A stretch of DNA of 14,804 nucleotides from a bacterium. Its GTDB lineage: Bacteria; Zixibacteria; MSB-5A5; GN15; FEB-12. The notes under the pieces are model-generated. The model searched no databases. It had not been told where the DNA came from and saw nothing but the letters and a program-made list of their open reading frames with translations. The position numbers and the translations under genes are program-made. The stretch spans positions 1-14,804 of the forward strand of contig JBDRNJ010000025.1 in assembly GCA_043811375.1 (NCBI GenBank), written 5' to 3'. Below, piece by piece: positions 1 to 6,611 of this stretch; the first letter of the stretch is position 1; each line of letters starts with the position of its first letter.

Positions 1-1056
<1,056 letters not shown>

Positions 1057-1141
1057 ATTCAAAATTACCTCAGACAACCACGGTTGTTGCGAACACAGCC
1101 TGTTGGGCGATACTTTACGTATCGTGGCATTATGAAAAGCT

Positions 1142-1259
1142 TCTCGGTGGCGATAGCGACGGGGTCACACCTGTTCCCATTCCGAACACAGCAGTTAAGC
1201 CCGTCATCGTCGATGGTACTGCGTGGGTGACTGCGTGGGAGAGTAGAAAGCTGCCGGGA
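1142..1259 (+). rRNA. rrf: 5S rRNA (intact copy)
   Basis: Lies ~85 nt after 23S. Motifs CCCATTCCGAACAC and GATGGTACT...GAGAGTAG are present. The ends TCTCGGTGGC / GCTGCCGGGA form helix I. Confidence 0.98.
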
Positions 1260-1266
1260 TTAAATA

Positions 1267-1297
1267 AAACCCCCAATCACGTAGTGGTTGGGGGTTT
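1267..1297 (+). terminator. rRNA operon terminator-like hairpin, possibly bidirectional
   Basis: AAACCCCCAATCAC-GTA-GTGGTTGGGGGTTT, a 14-bp stem with one G-U pair, directly after 5S. The + strand U-tract is short (TTTGTCT) and the upstream flank is A-rich. Confidence 0.8.
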
Positions 1298-1318
1298 GTC
1301 TCAAGATGAGGTTACCGG

Positions 1319-1879
1319 ATGGAAAATTCCGAAAAATGGCTTAGTACATTAGATGAGAAAGGCTTCAATCTGTGGCGTGAGGCAATGGCAAATCTCCGGC
1401 AACTGCATTCCGACGTCTGGAACGGCGTGCGGTTTTTCTGGAGTATTAATGTAGTGATTATCACTGGAATGTTCGTTATCAGTCATCAAGAGTGGGCTAC
1501 ACGTGTAGAGATCGAGTTGGTGTTGCTTTGCATCCTTGGTTTTGCACTTGCGTATCAAGGTCGCAGAGTCTTTTTACAACACAGACACTACTATCTTCAA
1601 ATGCTGTTACGTAAAACCCTAATAGAAGACAAACTGAGTTTCTACACAACAAAACTATACAATACAGACTTGTCTTTTCCGTGGAGGGTTCCTTCCGACC
1701 ATCTTGAATCCTTGCGAAAGGAACCTGAGAATTGGGAGGAGTCACAAAAACTCCGCAGGGGAACAATTAGCCGCCGCCTACATATCGTGTATGTAGTGAT
1801 ACAGGTTCTCTATGCATTGTCATTCGTTACTATGATAGGTTTCTTGATTGCACGGATTGCTGGGTGTCCAATTAAGTAA
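1319..1879 (+). CDS. Hypothetical integral membrane protein, 186 aa, ~3 predicted TM helices (ORF1)
   Basis: SD-like GAGGT at 1308-1312, 6 nt before ATG. Hydrophobic segments FFWSINVVIITGMFVI, LVLLCILGFALAY and IVYVVIQVLYALSFVTMIGFLIA. Visibly more AT-rich than the trp genes. Confidence 0.8.
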   Translation: MENSEKWLSTLDEKGFNLWREAMANLRQLHSDVWNGVRFFWSINVVIITGMFVISHQEWATRVEIELVLLCILGFALAYQGRRVFLQHRHYYLQMLLRKTLIEDKLSFYTTKLYNTDLSFPWRVPSDHLESLRKEPENWEESQKLRRGTISRRLHIVYVVIQVLYALSFVTMIGFLIARIAGCPIK

Positions 1880-1983
1880 TTGGTAAATGCGAATGGCGGT
1901 TACCCCCAACGCCAAAAAGACTGATAGCCCTCTCTTATCGGTACATAGTGCAACCAATTATAAGAATAAGCATAAAGAAAACG

Positions 1984-2012
1984 TTGAATCCCACATAAGA
2001 GAAAGCTAACTT
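1984..2012 (+). promoter_or_regulatory. Candidate sigma70 promoter for ORF2 that would yield a leaderless mRNA
   Basis: TTGAAT (1984-1989), 17-nt spacer, TAACTT (2007-2012). The ATG at 2018 is 5 nt after the -10 box and has no SD. Confidence 0.4.
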
Positions 2013-2017
2013 CCCGT

Positions 2018-2674
2018 ATGTCGAACTGGGAATCTTTCAAGCGGTCTTTCGAGCGCCTAACAGCGGTACTTGCTTTTCTGGCCAGCATAGCAGCACTAAC
2101 AGCATTCATTTCTCTGTATCTTTCCGTGGACCAGTTCAACAAACAGCAGGAAATCGTCCGCCAGCAAGAAACGGAGAGGTTCGTCAATGTCATTGGCTCG
2201 CTCCAACTAGAAATCGAGGCAAACCTAGATGTTTGCAAGAGAATCCTTCAAAAGAAAGATAAGTACCTGGAGGCTACAAGCTTCCCTCACAACTCGTTTC
2301 ACTTCGCGGTCCTCGAACAAATCCTATCTACCGGAGAAATAACAGAACACCACCTTCTAGTTGTGATGCCCGATAAGGTGAATGCCGATATCTTAACCGA
2401 GTGGAAGTTCCGCGTAACTCTTTTCAACGCCTACCACCGGATGGTACTGCTCAATCAACTCATTCATCACTGCCTCGACATCATGCACCTGCAGGTACTC
2501 GTCAAGAAAGACCCAGAGATCAAAGCCCGAACGGCCCACCGGCTCAGAGAGAACGCCGGTATCCTCATTACCGATACCGAGTTCGTACGTGACCAGTTGC
2601 TCGCGTGCCTCCCTGCAATCAAACAACTTAAGGAACATTACACACAGAAACTCAATCATGCGAGGACCCAATAA
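2018..2674 (+). CDS. Hypothetical protein, 218 aa, N-terminal membrane anchor then a helical region (ORF2)
   Basis: Long ORF. Hydrophobic stretch LTAVLAFLASIAALTAFISLYLSV is followed by the coiled-coil-like QFNKQQEIVRQQETERF...LQLEIEANL. No family recognised. Confidence 0.75.
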   Translation: MSNWESFKRSFERLTAVLAFLASIAALTAFISLYLSVDQFNKQQEIVRQQETERFVNVIGSLQLEIEANLDVCKRILQKKDKYLEATSFPHNSFHFAVLEQILSTGEITEHHLLVVMPDKVNADILTEWKFRVTLFNAYHRMVLLNQLIHHCLDIMHLQVLVKKDPEIKARTAHRLRENAGILITDTEFVRDQLLACLPAIKQLKEHYTQKLNHARTQ

Positions 2675-2683
2675 GTCTGATAG

Positions 2684-2706
2684 GTCGAAACCCCTGTGGT
2701 TTCGAC
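2684..2706. repeat. Perfect 9-bp inverted repeat, REP-like or terminator-like
   Basis: GTCGAAACC-CCTGT-GGTTTCGAC, preceded by ATAG (one mismatch from the GTAG REP tag). It lies between the ORF2 stop and the second 5S copy. Confidence 0.55.
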
Positions 2707-2717
2707 ACAGAATATTT

Positions 2718-2835
2718 TCTCCGTGGCGATAGCGACGGGGTCACGCCTGTTTCCATTCCGAACACAGCAGTTAAGCCTGTCATCGTCGATGGTACTGCGT
2801 GGGTGACTGCGTGTGAGAGTAGAAAGCTGCCGGGA
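2718..2835 (+). pseudogene. rrf: Second, degenerate full-length 5S rRNA copy (probable pseudogene or divergent orphan 5S)
   Basis: Colinear with 1142-1259 (offset 1576) with 5 substitutions in 118 nt: G1146C, A1169G, C1176T, C1202T, G1238T. Two of these break Watson-Crick pairs (helix I, helix IV) without compensation. Confidence 0.85.
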
Positions 2836-2842
2836 TTAAATA

Positions 2843-2874
2843 AAGCCCCCAATCATACCAGTGGTTGGGGGCTT
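2843..2874 (+). terminator. Duplicate of the post-5S hairpin
   Basis: AAGCCCCCAATCAT-ACCA-GTGGTTGGGGGCTT. Same stem as 1267-1297 with a compensatory A-U to G-C change and a different loop. Confidence 0.7.
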
Positions 2875-2945
2875 GTCTCAAGATGAGGTTACCGGAAGGA
2901 ACCTGAGAATTGAGAGGAGTCACAAAAAACTCCGCAGAGGAACAG
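2875..2945 (+). pseudogene. Internally deleted remnant of ORF1 (5' UTR fused to an internal fragment)
   Basis: GTCTCAAGATGAGGTTACCGGA (=1298-1319) is joined directly to AGGAACCTGAGAATTGAGAGGAGTCACAAAAAACTCCGCAGAGGAACA, which matches 1719-1765 with 2 substitutions and a 1-nt insertion. About 400 nt, including the start codon, are lost. Confidence 0.85.
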
Positions 2946-2972
2946 ATTGCCACCGGTCGGATTAAAACCGGC

Positions 2973-3097
2973 GTGCGCTGGGCCAAGTCAGCGTCGTCTT
3001 GCGGGTGAAAGTCACGTCCAGCCTAAGCTTAGCGAGCAGGCTGGGAGCGAGTCTTACGGGCGACCTTGGTAACGAGGCGTCCGAAGCGTAGACAGCG
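2973..3097 (+). mobile_element. Group II intron 5' fragment (part of domain I only; no RT ORF, no DV/DVI)
   Basis: Starts with the canonical GTGCG. Contains GCGGGTGAAAGTC, helix CCAGCCT/AGGCTGG, a GTAA-tetraloop arm GGGCG-A-CCTTG-GTAA-CGAGG-CGTCC, and GAGTCTT...GAAGCGTAGACAG. These match the motif order I recall for bacterial class E/F-like intron domain I. Confidence 0.75.
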
Positions 3098-3100
3098 GTT

Positions 3101-3246
3101 GCGTTCCTCGCGATGACGGTGTTCGGGTGCCGTAGGCGTGGTTACAATCGGCAATGGCCCCATCGGAAGGTCACCGGGCCAATGTACTTTGCAAATGCCT
3201 CCAACCACGTCATTGAGAAGAACGCTCCGGCGTGCAGTGGCAATCT
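3101..3246. repeat. Inverted pair of degenerate CGTC-tagged REP-like palindromic units
   Basis: The reverse complement of 3101-3118 is CGTCATCGCGAGGAACGC, versus 3208-3225 CGTCATTGAGAAGAACGC (15/18). GTGGCAATCT (3237-3246) is the exact reverse complement of AGATTGCCAC (2944-2953). Resembles the GTCATTGCGAG...GCAATC repeat type. Confidence 0.6.
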
Positions 3247-3318
3247 CATGCCTCCGCTATCAAGTATGGGAAACATCCCATACACCCTAAAAAAGGAACC
3301 GCAGACCCACAATTCATC

Positions 3319-3346
3319 TTGACAAAATGGACTTTTGTGGTATATT
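3319..3346 (+). promoter_or_regulatory. Sigma70 promoter of the trp/aro supraoperon
   Basis: Consensus TTGACA (3319-3324), 16-nt spacer, extended -10 TG-G-TATATT (3338-3346), just upstream of the leader ORF. Confidence 0.8.
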
Positions 3347-3369
3347 TGGCATAATTAAACGTAAAGGTA

Positions 3370-3486
3370 ATGGCAGTAATGACGAAGAAGACAGGACTCT
3401 CATACTATTGGCCCGGCGTCTATTGGTGGTGGTATTATATCACCTGCCGGTCTGGTAGCTGTTGCCCTGTCCTGATCTCACCATAA
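3370..3486 (+). CDS. trpL: Attenuator leader peptide rich in Tyr and Trp: MAVMTKKTGLSYYWPGVYWWWYYITCRSGSCCPVLISP (alternative start ATG 3379)
   Basis: Hand-translated. SD-like AAAGGT at 3363-3368. Codons TAC TAT TGG ... TAT TGG TGG TGG TAT TAT. Stop TAA at 3484-3486, 18 nt before a terminator and upstream of trpE. Confidence 0.88.
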   Translation: MAVMTKKTGLSYYWPGVYWWWYYITCRSGSCCPVLISP

Positions 3487-3504
3487 GGTAATCAGAAAAG
3501 GTTC

Positions 3505-3539
3505 AAGGCCCGCTATCAGAACGATAGCGGGCCTTTTTT
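3505..3539 (+). terminator. Attenuator (intrinsic terminator) upstream of trpE
   Basis: AAGGCCCGCTATC-AGAAC-GATAGCGGGCCTT, a perfect 13-bp stem ending in a 6-U tract (3534-3539). Confidence 0.95.
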
Positions 3540-3558
3540 ATTGCATGAAAGGGTGACT

Positions 3559-5016
3559 ATGACAGACGTTAACATCCACCAGGCGATCGGGCTGGCAGGC
3601 CAACCCGGCCTGAAGGTAATCCAGCGGGAAATGCCCGCCGATCTGGAAACGCCGGTCTCAGCCTTCCTGAAACTGCGCAACCACGGCGCCCGGATTCTGC
3701 TTGAAAGCGTCGAGAGCGGCACCACCCTGGGCCGGTACTCCTTTATCGGTATGAAGCCCGATTCCCAGATAACTATCGACTCCGAAAACCTGATCATTCA
3801 AAACGGCGACAGCCCGACTAAAATCAGCCATCCCTCAGGTGGTACCCCCTTTACCTCCCTGAGACAGATGCTCCGCCTGCTGAAATCGGAGACGCCATCC
3901 GGCCAACCCCACTTGTTAGGCGGTCTGGTGGGCTATATCAGTTACGATTTCATTCATTTCTTTGAAAAAATCCCCCGGACTACCGACAACAGCCTGGGAC
4001 TGCCGCTGGCCGCCTTTTATCTGATCGATACCCTGCTGGTCTTTGACCATGTCCAGCGGCGTCTCAAACTGATGTGCCTGACGGCTGACCAGGCGGCTGC
4101 TAACCGCCGACTGGACGCCATCCTCGATCATCTCCAGTCCCCACTGACTCTGCCGATCTCCGGCACTTCCGGTCGATCCGGCAACAAACTCGTTTCCAAT
4201 TACACCGAACAGGAATTCGTCGACACCGTCATCAGGGTAAAGGATCATATAACAGCCGGGGACGTTTTTCAACTGGTGCTGTCGCAACAGTTACAGGGAA
4301 CAACCGATTCCGATCCCTTTATGATCTACCGTGCTTTGCGGATGCTCAACCCATCACCCTATATGTACTACCTCGATTTCGACGATGTCCGCCTGATCGG
4401 GTCGTCGCCGGAGGCAATGGTGAAACTTCAGGACGGCCTGGCTACTGTTCGTCCTATCGCGGGCACACGTCCCCGGGGCAAAGACGAAGAAGAAGACCAG
4501 CACCTGGCTCAGGAACTGATCAAAGACGAGAAGGAGCGGGCCGAGCATGTCATGCTGGTTGACCTGGGTCGCAACGACCTGGGCCGTTGCTGCCAAATCG
4601 GGTCGGTGCGAGTGACCGAGCTGATGCAAGTCGAAAAGTATTCTCACGTTATGCATATGACTTCCAATGTGGTCGGTCAGCTCAGACCGGAGTTGGATCA
4701 ATTCGATCTTTTCCGGGCGACATTCCCGGCCGGCACCGTTACCGGGGCGCCTAAAATCAGGTCGATGCAACTGATAGCAGAGTATGAACATGCCCAAAGG
4801 GGACCTTATGCCGGCGCCGTCGGTTATTTCAGCCCCAGCGGTGACATGGACTGGTGCATCACCATCAGGACGATTCTTATGCAGGGCCGAAAGTATTATC
4901 TCCAGGGGGGAGCCGGGATTGTAGCGGATTCGGTACCCGAGCGGGAATACCAGGAAACACGCGACAAAATCGCAGCTTTGAAAAAGGCCATCGAAATGGC
5001 CGAAGGGGGAATCTGA
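3559..5016 (+). CDS. trpE: Anthranilate synthase component I
   Basis: Motifs DLETPVSAF, LLESVE, GRYSFIG, NPSPYM, PIAGTRPRG, EHVMLVDLGRND, GTVTGAPK. ATG 3559 is preferred over TTG 3541 because SD GAAAGGGTG precedes it. Confidence 0.97.
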   Translation: MTDVNIHQAIGLAGQPGLKVIQREMPADLETPVSAFLKLRNHGARILLESVESGTTLGRYSFIGMKPDSQITIDSENLIIQNGDSPTKISHPSGGTPFTSLRQMLRLLKSETPSGQPHLLGGLVGYISYDFIHFFEKIPRTTDNSLGLPLAAFYLIDTLLVFDHVQRRLKLMCLTADQAAANRRLDAILDHLQSPLTLPISGTSGRSGNKLVSNYTEQEFVDTVIRVKDHITAGDVFQLVLSQQLQGTTDSDPFMIYRALRMLNPSPYMYYLDFDDVRLIGSSPEAMVKLQDGLATVRPIAGTRPRGKDEEEDQHLAQELIKDEKERAEHVMLVDLGRNDLGRCCQIGSVRVTELMQVEKYSHVMHMTSNVVGQLRPELDQFDLFRATFPAGTVTGAPKIRSMQLIAEYEHAQRGPYAGAVGYFSPSGDMDWCITIRTILMQGRKYYLQGGAGIVADSVPEREYQETRDKIAALKKAIEMAEGGI

Positions 5017-5582
5017 TGGTCCTGATAATTGACAACTACGACTCCTTCACTTACAACCTGGCGCAACAGATCGGCGAGTTGGGTCATGAGTTTAAGGTGA
5101 TCCGTAACGATGAAATAACCCCCGACGATGCTGATGCCATCAAATCGACTCACCTGGTTATCTCACCGGGTCCCGGCAGACCCGAGCAGGCCGGGAATTC
5201 CGTCGATCTGATCCGGCACTTTACCGGTCGGATACCGATCCTGGGCGTCTGTCTCGGACATCAGTGTCTGGCGCACACCTGTCATGGTATCATCACCAAC
5301 GCCGAAACACTGGTACACGGGAAGACCTCGATGATCTACCATACCGGTGAAGGACTATTCCAGGGTATGCCCAACCCGTTTGAGGCCACCCGCTATCATT
5401 CTCTGATTGTCGATGACGCCACATTGCCGAAAGACATCACTGTTACGGCTCACACCTCGGCCGGAGAAATAATGGGCATTCAACTCACCGATAGGTCGGC
5501 GGTCGGTGTCCAGTTTCACCCGGAGTCAGTCCTTACCAGGCATGGCAAGCTGCTGATGATAAACTTTCTGAATATGGGGTGA
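5016..5582 (+). CDS. trpG: Anthranilate synthase component II (glutamine amidotransferase)
   Basis: IDNYDSFTYNL, SPGPG, GVCLGHQ, RYHSL, GVQFHPES. The true start is ATG 5016, overlapping the trpE stop (TGATG). Confidence 0.97.
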   Translation: MVLIIDNYDSFTYNLAQQIGELGHEFKVIRNDEITPDDADAIKSTHLVISPGPGRPEQAGNSVDLIRHFTGRIPILGVCLGHQCLAHTCHGIITNAETLVHGKTSMIYHTGEGLFQGMPNPFEATRYHSLIVDDATLPKDITVTAHTSAGEIMGIQLTDRSAVGVQFHPESVLTRHGKLLMINFLNMG

Positions 5583-5585
5583 CGG

Positions 5586-6611
5586 ATGATCAATCAGGCA
5601 ACCAGTAAGATTCTGGCCGGTGAAAATCTGTCGGCCGACGAAAGCCGCCGAGTTATGCAGCAGATCATGTCCGGCGATGCGACCCCTGTCCAAATGGCGG
5701 CTTACCTGACGGCTTTGCGTCAGAAAGGGGAGACCTCCGAAGAAATACTCGGTGCTGCTCAGGTCATGCGGGATAAAGTCCACCGCGTCCGGCATCACCA
5801 GGACGTCATCTTTGATAACTGCGGTACCGGCGGCGATGGCGCTGGAACCTTCAATATCTCCACCACGGCCTCTTTCGTAATAGCCGCCTGCGGTCTGGCC
5901 GTCGGCAAACACGGCAACCGCTCGGTCTCCAGCCAGTGTGGCAGTGCTGATGTCCTGCAGGCACTGGGGGCCGACATTTCGCTCTCTTCACAGCAGATGG
6001 CCACCTGTATTGACGAGATCGGTATCGGATTCCTTTTTGCGCCTAATCTTCATCCTGCCATGAAACAGGTCGCTCCGGTGCGTCGGGAACTCGGCTTCAG
6101 GACGATTTTCAATATCCTGGGACCACTGACCAATCCGGCCTTTGCCACCCATCAATTGATTGGTGTTTTCGATGGTGACTATACCGAACCTTTGGCAGCC
6201 GCGGCCGGCAAGTTGGGAATCCGCAAAGTGGCCGTGGTCTACAACCTGTGTAATATCGATGAGTTGACCACTGCCGGAACCAATCAACTCTCCTACGCTG
6301 ACAACGGAACGGTTAGGACAGAAACACTGGAGCCGCACCGGTTGGGTTTTGCACCATGTCGACCAGAAGACTTAAGCGGTGGTTCCGCTGAAGAAAACGC
6401 CGGTATTACGATGGCGATTCTAAACGGTGAAAAAGGTCCCGGGCGTGATACGGTTATCTTAAATGCAGCAGTCGCTTTTATGGTGGCAGATAAAGTCGAT
6501 GATATCGCTTCCGGAATTGCTCTGGCCACCGAGAGTATTGACTCCGGCCGGGCTCACCGGAAACTGATTTCTTTCATCAAACTGACCCGGACGTTGGTAA
6601 ATGCTGAATGA
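5586..6611 (+). CDS. trpD: Anthranilate phosphoribosyltransferase
   Basis: CGTGGDG, FNIST, KHGNRSVSS, GSADVL, RTIFNILGPLTNP. Confidence 0.97.
   Translation: MINQATSKILAGENLSADESRRVMQQIMSGDATPVQMAAYLTALRQKGETSEEILGAAQVMRDKVHRVRHHQDVIFDNCGTGGDGAGTFNISTTASFVIAACGLAVGKHGNRSVSSQCGSADVLQALGADISLSSQQMATCIDEIGIGFLFAPNLHPAMKQVAPVRRELGFRTIFNILGPLTNPAFATHQLIGVFDGDYTEPLAAAAGKLGIRKVAVVYNLCNIDELTTAGTNQLSYADNGTVRTETLEPHRLGFAPCRPEDLSGGSAEENAGITMAILNGEKGPGRDTVILNAAVAFMVADKVDDIASGIALATESIDSGRAHRKLISFIKLTRTLVNAE

Noticed and set aside
1057..1141. tRNA or intervening sequence in the 23S-5S spacer or within 23S
   Set aside because: No cloverleaf or T-loop motif, only a small hairpin (ACAACC/GGTTGT). The 23S segment looks colinear with standard motifs.
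1218..1239. Direct repeat ACTGCGTGGG x2 inside 5S (also in the second copy)
   Set aside because: It is the G-U-rich helix IV of 5S rRNA, not a separate repeat or CRISPR unit.
1880..2017. Possible integron attC sites between ORF1 and ORF2 or after ORF2
   Set aside because: No convincing RYYYAAC...GTTRRRY-bounded long palindrome and no integrase in the window.
2652..2986. Minus-strand ORFs 2652-2852 and 2780-2986
   Set aside because: They are antisense to the 5S copy and the ORF1 remnant and have no protein-like features.
3113..3322. 69-aa plus-strand ORF
   Set aside because: It runs through REP-like palindromes, has no SD and shows no recognisable motif.
3350..3540. T-box riboswitch or TRAP-type control of trpE
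   Set aside because: No T-box consensus (AAGGTGGTACC-like) next to the terminator and no (G/U)AG repeat array. The Trp/Tyr leader ORF explains the region.
4854..5015. N-terminal extension of TrpG in the ORF track, and the TTG 3541 start for TrpE
   Set aside because: TrpG homology begins at ATG 5016, coupled to the trpE stop. TTG 3541 abuts the terminator and lacks an SD.
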